A stretch of 38,867 nt of DNA from Paraglomus brasilianum (lineage: Eukaryota): positions 1-38,867 of the forward strand of contig CAJVPI010000250.1 in assembly GCA_910592345.1 (NCBI GenBank), read 5' to 3'. Position 1 is the stretch's first letter; every line of letters starts with the position of its first letter. This document shows, one piece after another, positions 1 through 12,355 of this stretch. The notes under the pieces were generated by a model. The model did not search any database. It was not told the DNA's origin and worked only from the letters and a program-made list of their open reading frames with translations. A program made the position numbers and the translations under genes.

Positions 1-1367
1 ATAGTTTTATTAATAATTATTATGTAATTTCGAGAAATAAAGAATCAACGACAAAACTTTTCAGCATCCCCACGTATATTAGTAAATGTTATTGTAGTCG
101 TGAGTTAATTGTCACGGGTGAGTCTTCGCGTCGTTACTTCCAAGAACAAGGACAACCTAACGTTAGATAGGTAAGGCAATATAATCACCTGGTTCTATAA
201 GAAAGCTCTCAAGGTTCGCAAGAAGAGAAGGGAGGGCAAGACTGATTTTTAAAATCACGGGTTGATTACCTTGATTGTGGTTGTGTAGTCTAAACAAAGA
301 CTTATTGATAGTTGATAATAAGTGTCATCTTTCGCGTCCACTCATACATACGCAGACGCCCAAAGCACAACCATGTAAAAATAAAACCGGAAGTCGCAAA
401 TCCGGATCGACTGTCAACAAGTCTTTATTTGGATACAATCAATGCAAACAACCGAGCGTATATTCGTCATTTTCTGTTCTTGTTCTTCCTTCTGTTTGCT
501 TTCTTTTCTTCTCTTGATCTTGCAAGTGCTGAAGCAGAATGTACAAACTATTTACCTAATTATAAAATCTAAACGAGAAGAAGCCAAAATATGGGTAACT
601 TCGAGCTTCAAAAACGCTGACAGTCTTCCTCAAAAGCGTGCTATAGAGTCAGGTGATTAGACTTAGTATCCGAAGTTACGCCATCATTGTTTTTGAAAGT
701 AGACTCGCCCTTATATATTCAGAGATCATGGTGTACACGCAGAGATGTATTGGATATAACTTTTGTTGATGTATATTTATTATTATTGTATGTCTAAAGT
801 ACGATCAAGAAGATTGGAATACAATATTGACGGAATTAAACAGCCAATTATTAATATGCGGTATGTAACAGAATTTCTTATTCGCTCAGTAATGTGCTCG
901 TACTTAACATCGATTCGCTAACCTTGATATTTACTAGTCCATTCTCCGGAAGAATGCGACTGGGAAAACTCGTGAGAATAATACAAACTTTCACCGTTTC
1001 GAATCGTACTTTGTACAACTTTGTGGTTCTCCATTTCGTATTACCGTATTCCAAACAACGCATTCTTGTTATGGCAATTTCCTACACAAACTTGTATATC
1101 CTCTCTCTCATCCAGTTCATCATCACTCAAGTAAGAGTTCTAATTGCTTATAAGTATACTATTATACCATCCTTCCTAACATTTCAACCAGCCATGCAGG
1201 CTCACATCAGTAACTTCAATCCTGTAATGGTATTGTCTGATTACTGTTATGTGCAATTACCTTCCTCTAATCTCCTTATCCTGGCAATCTAGGGCTAAAT
1301 TGATATTTTGTACTTTCAAATTATCTCAAGAGGAAAGCTTTATAATAATTACTTAATTTTCTACTTA

Positions 1368-1509
1368 CAGTCAACTGCCTATAATTCGACCGCTTGCGTT
1401 CCGAGGTTATCGATCGAATTAACGTACAAGTCGAATTACCGTCAGTTAAAAATGTTCTGTAGCCAGTGGTCGAAGTGACGTATAAATCGAATTAAAGGGC
1501 AGTTGACTG
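1368..1509. mobile_element. Non-autonomous Tc1/mariner(pogo)-type MITE, 142 bp, TA target-site duplication
   Basis: Left end TA|CAGTCAACTGCCTATAATTCGA; right end TCGAATTAAAGGGCAGTTGACTG|TA (reverse complement CAGTCAACTGCCCTTTAATTCGA). ~22-bp TIR starting CAGT, TA on both sides, internal TCGAATT sub-repeats, no ORF. Confidence 0.85.
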
Positions 1510-2487
1510 TACTCCAATAATTGGATTTATGAAATGCTTGGCAATATACTAATGCAGGATATACCATTCCTGTTTTAAATTGGATTGACAAAAGCAAAGT
1601 AGTAGTAGTAGTAATAATAACTGTAAAAAAAGAAGAACTGACCAAAGTATAATATTTGTGGTATTAATCCAATAGCGTTTCAAGTGAATATTTCATTACT
1701 ATGATCCAAGTTTATTTATGTCTGGCGTAATCGTTTATTCGAGATGGATATGTTTATTTATTGCATAATTATTTGTTTATGCTCACTCAGGCACGCCGTA
1801 TATATAGACAGCGAGACAAGTTTTGATTCGTCCGATTTCCTATTGCAGAGTGTAATTAAACCAAAACAGTGAGGAAATAGTTATGTATTGCCAATCAACA
1901 GAAACGTCATGTTCACAGCTATGCGTGAGAATTAGAACGAAAGAGATGATGTCAAAACCAGTGTCTACAAGTTGATGAAATAAATAAGACACTGTACCAG
2001 ACAACCACAATTGCTTTCCCCCCCACTCCTCGACAAAAAATGACTGAAAACCTCCCATACATGCAAGCATGGTATGACTGTATACATGTATTTTTAACGA
2101 GTTTATACTACGGTTATTAATATCGTACATTGTTGTTTAGTCTCGGCAGTGCAGCAGCTTGTTTGGTATGTGTGACATGGTTAAACTCTATTCGCTAAGG
2201 GGTATATACTTTTGCAGCGGTTTTTCATTTTCTTATTCGTTCAGAAATGCGCTGAGAACGCATCCGGTGAAGGATGTTCCAAACAATGTCGCACTAACGC
2301 TGGTAAATATAATGGATATGTTCTGATTTGCGTTGCCAGACTGTTATTCTTTACAAACACTTTGTTCTTCGAACAGAGCTCGCATCGTGTACTGCAAAGC
2401 TTATGTCGATTGGTGCTCCCGAAGTGAAAGCGTTGGTTGATATGACCAGGGCGTCATCGGACAAATGTTCTGAGATGTGGTATGTAT

Positions 2488-2517
2488 AGTGAGTGAGTGA
2501 GTGAGTGAGTGAGTGAG
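2488..2517. repeat. (GAGT)n microsatellite
   Basis: agtgagtgagtgagtgagtgagtgagtgag, about 7 units. Confidence 0.95.
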
Positions 2518-3525
2518 ACTTGAAGGTTTACTTTTTACAAATGGAAGAACGTAACAATTTGCATGCTCGTCACATATAATACTAATCGATGATCTGAACA
2601 ATTTACATACTCGTCACATACGATGATCTGCAGTGGAAAGGTAATATAATTAGCAAAAGCATGCATTTACTACTTACACACACAAAACAATCAACTAATC
2701 CATTTCCATTTTCCATTTGATTAGCATGACAACGACCACTGTCAGGCATGCGCTAACGCTGCTCGGCAACTTGCAGATTCATTGCGGATGTATCAGGAGT
2801 CAAACTCTTAACCTGCGGTCGGTTCATAACACATGCTTGGTTTATATAATCATGAATTTGAATAATAAAATCAAATCGTTTATTTGACAAATTTTGATCC
2901 AAGACACGCCTGACTACCTTTTTGTAAACGAATGTGTTATATTCCTTTGGCGGTCCGTGCTCAGCACCAAAATACGCCATGTGGGGAATTACTGGAAGGG
3001 GTTGTTGGTGGCAAAACTGTGATATTCGATAGTGTGTGCGATGTTCAGATAACCCACCATCTTATGATTTCATAATAATTGTATTACTGTTACATCGGCT
3101 TACGCAAGAAAACACAACCCGCAGACTCATCAGTTTCGCTAATTATATTGTTACACATAATTAAACTCAGGAACAGTATTTCCAAATTTGTTGCGATTTT
3201 CGTCTTGCGCTCGCAGTTTTTATTGATGTGTATGTCGTGCTGTCAAGTCCAGACCAATGGTCTAGATCCAAAGAATATCCCACTTTTTTTTTTAACCTGC
3301 TCCTGTTACCTTTTATGGCATAGTTAACTATGCATATTTTGTACATCTCCCCCACTTTACCTCCTCGATCAGCTCTTATTCTCTAAATTACGCCATTCTT
3401 CATATCAACACAACTACTGCTGTCTCTACTATCTTCTACTCTCCCTATATCATTACCTTCCTCATTCAACCGTTTTCTTGTTCAATGTTTGCTGTGACCA
3501 CTGTTTCGCAGAGATAATTACCCCA

Positions 3526-6500
3526 ATGTCAAATCTTTCAGACGCAATAGACGGAGACTCGGGGGACTCTGGTGAAGAGATACCAGTGACGGAATTGGTA
3601 TATTCCTTCGATTGGTCAACTACTCCATTGGGTCCAATGAGCGATTGGCCCGCATGGCTAAAGTCGACTGTTGTAAGTAATGCGAACGAAGAAAGTGGAC
3701 GGTAGCTGCCGAAAAAAAAGAATGAGTTGTTTGTACAAGATATCAATTAATAGGAAAAGAGACCTCGGGAATGTGATTTGAATGTGAATTCGTTACCAGC
3801 AATTAATTGAATACTCATCTCAAACTCAATTGTTTTTCTAGGACCTCTGCCTTCACTCGGTATTTCCTATCGGATTGTACATTGGACCAGAAAAAGTTCT
3901 TATTTACAATCAAAGTAAATGACCATATATACTGTATTTCTTGTTAGTTGCATGCATGATCTTGAACTCTCGCTTTATCAATGCGCATACATGCTAAGAT
4001 CACACTGTTTTCCATCGATTTATCTAGTGTGGAGACCTATTCTGAAGCGCAAGCATCCAGCTGGTGGGTAATAATCTAAAGTAATCATATGAACGGTTAT
4101 GTTACATGTCATGTTTACTCTACTTTCATTCATATAGCATTAGGCACGTTGGCTTCGGAGACCTGGTCTGAAATATATGATGTTTTAGAACCATTATTTG
4201 ACGAGTATGTATCACAACAATAGTATCACACGTTAAACAGGGAGGGATCTTCATCACTTACGAGTGCCTTACACTCTTTCTTATACCACCCATAGGGTTT
4301 TCACAACGGGAAAAGGTCAATTCAATGATGATTTCCTTTTGTACATGAATCGATCTGGTTACGTAGAGGAAGCATACTTTTCCTTTACATTAAGTCCAAT
4401 GTTTACTGAAGATGGGAAAGTTGGAGGTATATTCAATGCTGTGCAAGAAACTACACAAAGAGTTCTTATGGCTAGGAGACTCAAAACTTTGGGTGACTTG
4501 GCTAATGGAACACAAGGTACTGATCTCATATATTTTACTCGTGTTCTGTATATGTGTTTGTATATTATATGTCATACTCATTCAACATAAATATAGGCGC
4601 CAAATCAATCGAAAGTGCCTGTCACTTTACCACTGAAGTATTCCGAGAAAACGACATGGATATTCCATACGCTATAATATATCTCGTCGAAAATGAAAAA
4701 GTGGGTTCTGAATTTAAACCAAAAAATGCGCGTCTCGAAGCTACAACTTTTGATAGTGAACTAGCAGTTATCAAAGGAGCTGATGGAACCGAAGAATATC
4801 TGTTTGTCCATGGGCAATCTAGAAGAGATCTGCCCGAAGTGTTACCAAAGACTCCAGAATTGATTGATCTGACCGACGCTGAAACTTCGGATAACAATAT
4901 GGTTGAAAACAATAGAGAGATTCCTGCATCTGAACCGTGGCCTTTGGCACTTGCTGTATTCAAAAACGATAACGTGACCATTAAATTGTCCGATAATTCG
5001 CTAGCTGTGCTGTGTCCAGTGATTACCACGTCTGCTGGAAAAAGTTTCTTGACTGCTCTGATGATATGTGGCATTAGTAAACACAGAGCTCTTGACAGAG
5101 AGTACGAGGAATTTTTGCATGTATGATTGTCGATATCTTTTTATTATGTACCGTAGCATATGCTGTACGAGAGCTCTCAACCTCAAAAATTCGTGTATAC
5201 GAATTTAGGACCATGTAATTCGATCATAAAAAACTGATTGATTTTAAGAGTCTGAGAATAAGTTGAGAACTCGCGTACAACATGTGCCTCACATAATGAA
5301 TTTCTTGTAAATATTTACTGAAATTACTAAAAACCTCTCTTTCCTTTCTTCACTCTTCTCCCACATATGTAGCTGGTTATCGGCCAAGTGAGTTCTAGTT
5401 TTACTCAGGGTCGATCACGAGAAGAAGAGCGAAAGCAGGCGGAAATGTTGGCTGACTTGAATCGACAAAAGATTGCATTTTTCCAAAACATTAGCCACGA
5501 ATTGCGCAGTACGTCTTTATCAATATAGCAATCTGCAATTTTTTTTGGAAAAGGAAATTTTGCCAATTAAATTACACATATATTCGTCCAGGTCCATTGA
5601 CGCTTATGCTTTCACCGTTGGAAGAAGCGATGGAGTTATGTCCAAAGAATGCTCCGATATTTGCTCATCTCAAATTAATCCAAAAGAACAACCGAAGATT
5701 GCTCAAACTAGTAAACACTCTTCTTCAGGTAAATATGTTATTGCATAGTGTGTATACGCGTCAATTACGCAAGAACTTGTTGGGTTAACATTTATTTCTC
5801 AATAAAAACTAGTTTTCTCGTATAGAAGCAGGCCGACTTCAAGCATGGTTCTGCTCTGTTGATATTTGTAGCCTGACTTTGGAATTAGCATCCAATTTCG
5901 AAAGCACGAGTAAATCATTTGGCCTTTATTACAAGTTTGAAATACCTAGTGATGAGGAACTCTCCAAGCAGTTAGAACAAAAAGTCTTTTTGGACGAGGA
6001 AATGTACGAAAAAATTGTATTTAACTTGTGTAAGTGATCAACCAGTTGGTGTTAGTCATTGTGAGCCATACAACGTAATTGCATTCATACGTGATTTTAT
6101 TCTAAACTTTTTTTTTTTTTCATTTAGGCTCGAATGCATTCAAACATACATGGACTGGTGGAGTAACTGTCCGATTGTTTGTAGAGCCCAAAAACGGTAA
6201 AGAAGGCGTTATACTAGAAGTAGCAGATACTGGTATAGAATTCAATACAAATCTGTTCTTTTATTTGCACTGGCGGCGACATAATAATAATAATCGCTAT
6301 TGGTTTGAATCAACCGTCTAAGGTGTGGGCATACCCGAAGAACATTTAGGCAATCTATTCCAACGCTTTTATCGTATCGAATCACGACAATCGCGCAGCC
6401 ACGAAGGGACAGGCATCGGTCTTGCTCTAGTCAAAGAATTGGTTATAAAACACGGTGGCGATATTTCGGTTACGTCCAAAGTGGACGTCGGCACTACTTT

Positions 6501-9500
6501 CCGTATTTGGTTTCCTACCGGATGGGATCATCTTCCGTCTTCGCAGGTTCATTTCAATACCGAAAAGTCCTCAGTTAATCCAAACTATGCGCGCGACAAA
6601 CAACTTTACTCGAACGCGGAATTGTACTTGGAGGAATGTATGCAATGGATCCAGCATTCAAAGCCCACACAGTTTGACGATGAGAGCGATCCGATGTTGG
6701 TCGATGATGGGTCCGCATCACAACAAAAAACGGACGAGTTATCGGTGTTGTATACTGAACCCGATTGCTTCGAGTCTGACAATGTGAAAAAATGTGTTCT
6801 TGTTGTTGATGACAACACGGATATGAGGTATGTTTGATTCAATACACCTTTTTTTTTAATGGCAAAAGTTTGCTTTGGAAATTTCACTGACGGCTTTGTG
6901 AATCTTAGGAACTATTTAAAGAGTTTGATCAAGCGACAATTCGATTGTATCTGTGCTGTTGATGGTTGTGACGCGCTCCGAGTTATAAAAAATTCACAAC
7001 GACTGCCGGACCTGATTCTTAGTGGTGAGTTTGCTGTGCGTACGTGTTTTGGAGAATTTTGTTTGCCTGACTGAAAAATCCTATTTCGTTGGATTAGATA
7101 TTATGATGCCCAATATGAACGGCTACGAATTGCTCGCTGCAATACGCAACAATCCTAGGATTCAAATGATTCCGGTTATTCTATTATCGGCTCGAGCAGG
7201 AGAAGAAGCTAGTGTCGAAGGTAACAACAAATTTTAGATTTTTAAAGTTGTCTTTTTACAGTTTTTTTTTAATACCATGTCTTTAAAACTGTAGGATTGG
7301 AGAAGGGTGCAGATGATTATTTAATTAAACCATTCAATGCTCGTGAACTCTTGGCTCGCATCCGTGCAAACATCAAACTTTCTCATCTTCGTCGTCAGCT
7401 TCTCGCGGAACAACGACGTCAATCTGAAACCAAGCAACTGTTATTTACAATCAGTAGCAAAATTCGTTCTGGTTTTGGAATACAAGAAACTCTTGACACT
7501 GCCATTGTGGAAGTAAAGAAGATTCTGTCATGCGATTCTTTACTAATTATTGACAGCATTGTGATAAATGACAAGATAGCCTGCAAAGTAATGTCTGCTT
7601 CATTAAGACCGCAAGACGATCCATCGAAAATTGTCGGGGGTGTGTTCCATCATTTTTCGTGTGACAAGTATATATCCAAATCCAAGAAAAAGAAGAATAC
7701 ATGCTCTGATTCAACAGACGTACAGTACGACGAATACGAAGAACTAGGTCTACTGGAAGACGATGAATTGCATGATTCTCGTGACTTGGAAGTGGATATC
7801 AGTTCAGACTACGAATCGCAAGTTATATGTCGGCGCGTGTCTATTATTAGCGTAGCTATTCGTCTAAAATCATCTCTTTGGGGATGGATAGTGGCTCACC
7901 AACGCCCAGGCTATATCTGGACGGAATCGGAAAAAATGTTTTTACAGCAGGTCTCGAATCAAATAAGTTTGGCTATAAGTCATGCCATACTTGTCGAAGA
8001 GAAATTAAAACGAGAGGCTCAAATGGAGGCTGCCAAAGAGGCGAACAAAGCCAAAAGTCAGATACTTGCCAATACGTCGCATGGCAAGTATGATTTATAT
8101 TGTTATAATGTTATTTGAATACCGTTCATCATAAAGTAATAAACTCTTTTTTTGTTATAGAACTTCGTACACCATTGGGTGCAATTATTGGCGCACTCTC
8201 TGCATTCGAAGGAACACCTCTTCGACCTGACCAACGAGACATGGTCGAAGTAATGACTCGCGCTTCCGATGTTGTCCTATCCGTAGTCAATGACATCCTA
8301 GATGCTGCCAGACTGGAAGCGCAAAAGCTTACATTGATAAATCGCACTTTCGATCTAATCGAGCTTGTAGAGAAGAACATTGCAATGTTTGGCGAGCGTG
8401 CCGGTTCAAAGGAGATGGAACTAATATTTCTATACGAACCAAGAGAATCTCCTAAATATGTAAAAACCGACCCAGAGAGGCTACAACAAGTGATAATGAA
8501 TCTATTATCCAATGCGTAAGGATTTCAAACTCTTTTTGCTGTTACTAGTGCTATGTAATATGCGCTGATTCTAACATTTCTTCGTGTGCACCCAGTATTA
8601 AATACACTGAAAAAGGCAAAGTTGAAGTACGGCTGTCAATAAGAGACCGTTGTAGCGCTGTTGCTGGGGAGAATCGTGATAATAGCACTGACAGTAACGA
8701 TAATAACAACACTGGCCATCTGCTTATAGAAATAATAGATACCGGTATAGGGTAAGAGAACAGGATTTTGTTTCGTATTTATTTTTGCTCTTTTTTTTTT
8801 TCCTTCATAATTCTTATGATTGAAAAATTATTAGTATTGATCCGAAGGAAGCGCAGCACATATGGAAGAGCTATGCACGAGGAGACGCTTCAATGACTCG
8901 TCGTAGGGATGGCGCAGGTCTAGGCCTCTCGATAAGTAAAAGTCTGGTTGACCTGAATGGTGGTACCCTCGGTGTTGACAGCGAGCTTAACAAAGGAAGT
9001 AGATTCTGGTTCACCTGGAACTTTGAGCATTTGTCTCTGCCAACAATACCAAAGTTAAAAACACTACCTTGCAGCTCACATGATCAGCAGAACTGGCAGG
9101 GAACCGAAGAATCTTTGACGAAGCGTGTTCTTATTATTGATCCTTTTGAAGCAACAAGAACTGCCTTTACGACCATGATAAGCGATAGCGTCGGGAAAGT
9201 ATACGAGTACGCCGACTACCAAACTGCGATCGAAGCAGTCAGAGAGTATGGAAAGAACAATAGTGGGCCTATGTGTAATTTTGCATTTTTCAGTGTGGGA
9301 GAGAAGAATGCTAAGATGGTTGAGGATACTGCCAAGGAGCTGAAGCGGCTCTGTGGAGAAGATCGATTGTCAATTATATTACTGATATTCTGGTCATCTA
9401 GTGGACGCACTATTGGGAAGAAACTGATTGAGAATTTAGGAAAAAACGTCGCGGCCATTTGTAAACCTATAATGCAAAAACGTATACTAGACTGCATTTC

Positions 9501-10459
9501 TCATTTTGACTTGTACGTGACCAGGCCATCGGATGAGAATGCTACAGGAATCGAAGAGGATAATTCAGCAATGTATAGCATATTCTACAATCATAATCGA
9601 CCCACAGCTGCATATAATTTATCGAATTTGAGAGATTCAGATGAACCAACTGTAATTCGAGGTGTTGCAGGTAATGAAAGAGAACGCAAACCCGAGACCA
9701 CTCACCGCCCAACAAAGAGATCAGCTACCAGTGAATGGAAGGATCAAACCGATGCTGAAGAACCGGAGAGCAAGTCAAGGAATAGAGTTGTGAATGCATC
9801 CAAATGTGTACTCTGTGTGGTAATTAAGCTACTGAATACTTTTTGTTTGGTCGCATAAACGTTTACTAGTGGTTACTAATATTTAATCGAATGTTTATTG
9901 CTCCAGGAGGATAATGCCGTTAATCTTAAGGTGGATTATTCAAGGCAAGGATTGTTTATTTTTAATGGATCTCGAGTCCTAATACAGTCATTATTTTGTA
10001 GGTTATTAAAGCTCAATTGAGTAAGCTGGGATATCAACATTTGTCAGCAGTAAACGGTAAGGAAGCTGTCGAAGTAGTGAAGAAGCAATATGAGCAGAAC
10101 CTGTTTGCTTCTTCATCCGGTAGTTCGGAACCCGAGAAAATATCATTAATTTTGATGGACTGTGCAATGGTAAGGTCTTATAGCTAATATTTTTTGTCGC
10201 CTCAACGGACCATATTTTATGGAATTTTTTTATTAATTGTATTCTGTCATAGCCTATAATGTCAGGGTTCGAAGCATCGCAAGCAATAAGAGCGATGGGT
10301 CCGGAACTTCAAAATCTTCCAATCATCGCGTTGACTGCATCTGCGATAGCAGGGACTAAGGAGCAATGCTTAGAAGCAGGCATGAGTGACTATCTAACTA
10401 AGCCACTCAAGCTGCAGACATTGAAGGGGAAGTTACTTGAATGGTTGGGCGAGAATTAA
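3526..10459 (+). CDS. Dual hybrid histidine kinase (PAS-like - GAF-like - HisKA - HATPase - REC - GAF - HisKA - HATPase - degenerate REC - REC), ~20 exons
   Basis: Spliced translation: DWSTTPLGPMSDWP...VEEAYFSFTLSP (PAS-like); H-box1 FFQNISHELRSPLT; NLCSNAFKHT, DTGVGI, GTGIGLALVKELV; REC1 VLVVDDN..PDLILSDIMMPNMNG..GADDYLIKPF; GAF (IQETLDTA..WTESEKMFLQQVSNQI); H-box2 ANTSHELRTPL; NLLSNAIKYT, DTGIGI, GAGLGLSI; final REC VLCVEDNAVN..LILMDCAMPIMSG..MSDYLTKP. Approximate exons 3526-3672, 3842-3914, 4028-4063, 4138-4204, 4296-4516, 4597-5120, 5373-5508, 5592-5728, 5814-6029, 6128-6232, 6323-6827, 6909-7024, 7098-7220, 7295-8083, 8161-8515, 8596-8751, 8835-9819, 9907-9930, 10002-10169, 10253-10459. 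Confidence 0.95.
5156..5287. repeat. Inverted repeat (MITE-like/hairpin) inside a histidine kinase intron
   Basis: GCATATGCTGTACGAGAGCTCTCAAC (5156-5181) matches the reverse complement of 5262-5287 at 22/26; internal near-palindrome AAATTCGTGTATACGAATTT. Confidence 0.65.
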
Positions 10460-10697
10460 TTTATTATTTAGACAATCATAACGAACGTTAGAACTGAAAT
10501 AAGTCTTAAGCTACCAATGGACTGTATGATAAACTTAAACTAGTTGATAGTACATGTACGAATGTGCAAATGTATATAGTTAATAATAAGTCTATTTTTG
10601 GAACCAAGCTTTCTTATGCTGAATTGTGAGCAATGCTCATTTAAATATGATTAGGGAAGAAAATAAATGCCAATAATCATCTGTGTGAACCATTGGC

Positions 10698-12355
10698 TTA
10701 TTCGTAGCAGAATATATTCCCTTCTCCATAGCCAATGTTTTCCATGTGTGACTTCATATCAGCATTAAATGAACGAGGGCCGCATATTAGTATTTGACAT
10801 TTGTCGCATCTCTTTATTCTGTCAAGGAGTGTATAGAGCAGTTCTCTGTTTAGTTTACCGCGGATGTATCTACCATCGTTATTTATATGCTCGGTCTGCG
10901 AGCGGGGAAAGAATAGATTAATCGAAGTTTAGGTAAAAGGTTATCCAATAAATAATAAAAGTTACCCGTGTCAACACATAATCGGTTGTTAGATAATCCT
11001 CTTCATTTTGTTTATCCAATTCACTTTTCAACCATATATCGTGTTCAGTCCGATTGACATATACAAGATGAATGGCTGTTCTCTCAGTTGTAGGGATTGT
11101 TGATTGTTTAAGGATAATTTGATACATTGGGGTAATGCCTACATGGGCAACATGATTAATAAAAACACGTTTCTATAGTAATTTTTGGTGATACATTATT
11201 GAGTAAATCACCTGAACCAGCCGCGAGCATGACAATTTGTTCATTCTATGGCGAGAATTAGATGTTAGTATCGAGAATATGCAACTCTAGCATTACAATA
11301 AGACTGAAAAAGACTTTACATCATACTACACTTACAGAGTTATTAGTGTGTTTAAATCCACTCATTATGGGACCCCTCATATATATTAAATCATTAACGC
11401 GCAGTGACTTCAAATATTCAGATGGCTTATGATCGTTATAAAGCTGTGCTCCCAAATTGGACAGCATGGTCAAATTGTTTAGCTCACATCAAACCGCTAC
11501 TAATCATTCCAGCATAGATTATACCTTCACCATAAGATGAAATTCACCCAACACAGATGGATGAGTAATTGGCGTAAAAGCTTTTGTGATTGTCTCGTTG
11601 CCAAGTTTCATCCTATTACAGTAATGTTGTCTTATTAGTGCAGAAGTTAATCATCTATACGAATACATTGAATTCTAACCTTATTAGCACATGCTCTCCA
11701 TCCTCGATTCCAAGACTTCTTTGCTCTCTGCTACTAGATAATGGTACCTTCCCGACAATTAAGATAGTGTCGTGACTTATCTGAGATTTCTCAAGAACTT
11801 TATATCCGATGTATTGTTTTCGGCTAGTGACTTTATCAGCAGCCGAGTTCCGCAAGGGTAGTCTTAGTGATTCGAGATCCACAATTGAGTTGTCGTTCTT
11901 GCATATTTTGGTATACTCTTTTCTCAGCATGTCAACCTGTTCATTATGAGCTTGCAATTCTTCGCGATATACATCAAAGACACATGGAGTACAACCGTTA
12001 CTGCAGCAGTCTGTTGGAGTTGGCTCGTCGGGTGGAGATGGAAGCTGTAATTGAGGCTTATCGAATTGGAGAAGAACGAGTCAATAATGAGCCAATAGGG
12101 CGATAACAGACAGTAATAAATTTAGCGATAACCTTTCCGTCTTCATCATAATAAATTCCAATTGGATGATCTCGTCGTTTTGTTTGAGAGGCCTTTTTAA
12201 GAGCTATCGATGATTTCAACAACTCCACTTCCTCCAAATATTTCTGTATTACAGGATTCATGAGGAAAAAATGCGGTGTGTATGTTCACTTGGGAAGTAT
12301 AAATGGAGCATCTCGAATATGCCAAAATCATCGATCCAAATCTTCGTTGATTCAT
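10698..12355 (-). CDS. NADH-cytochrome b5 reductase-like protein (Oxidoreductase-like Cys domain + FAD-binding + NAD-binding), multi-exon; 5' end uncertain
   Basis: Spliced translation on the minus strand: PPDEPTPTDCCSNGCTPCVFDVYREEL; VLEKSQISHDT..GEHVLIR..TKAFTPIT..FHLMVKLY..SEYLKSL..RGP; VMLAAGSGITPMYQI..HLVYVNRTEHDIWLKSEL; ILICGPRSFN..IFCYE* (stop at 10698). Start taken as MNQRRFGS at 12355; further upstream exons (to ~12832) cannot be excluded. Confidence 0.85.

Noticed and set aside
2562..2632. Short imperfect duplication CTCGTCACATA..CGATGATCTG
   Set aside because: Only two copies, consistent with local slippage; no further structure.
3080..3140. CTGATGAG on the minus strand as a hammerhead ribozyme core
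   Set aside because: No GAAA closing a stem II at the right place, and no stems I/III could be built.
275..3355. Short ORFs upstream of the histidine kinase (e.g. 894-1292, 312-572, 1840-2130)
   Set aside because: No recognisable motifs, mostly non-ATG starts and composition typical of AT-rich non-coding DNA; no consistent exon chain found.
4622..9497. Minus-strand ORFs 4622-5074, 6606-6887, 8129-8512 and 9216-9497
   Set aside because: Antisense shadows of histidine kinase exons.
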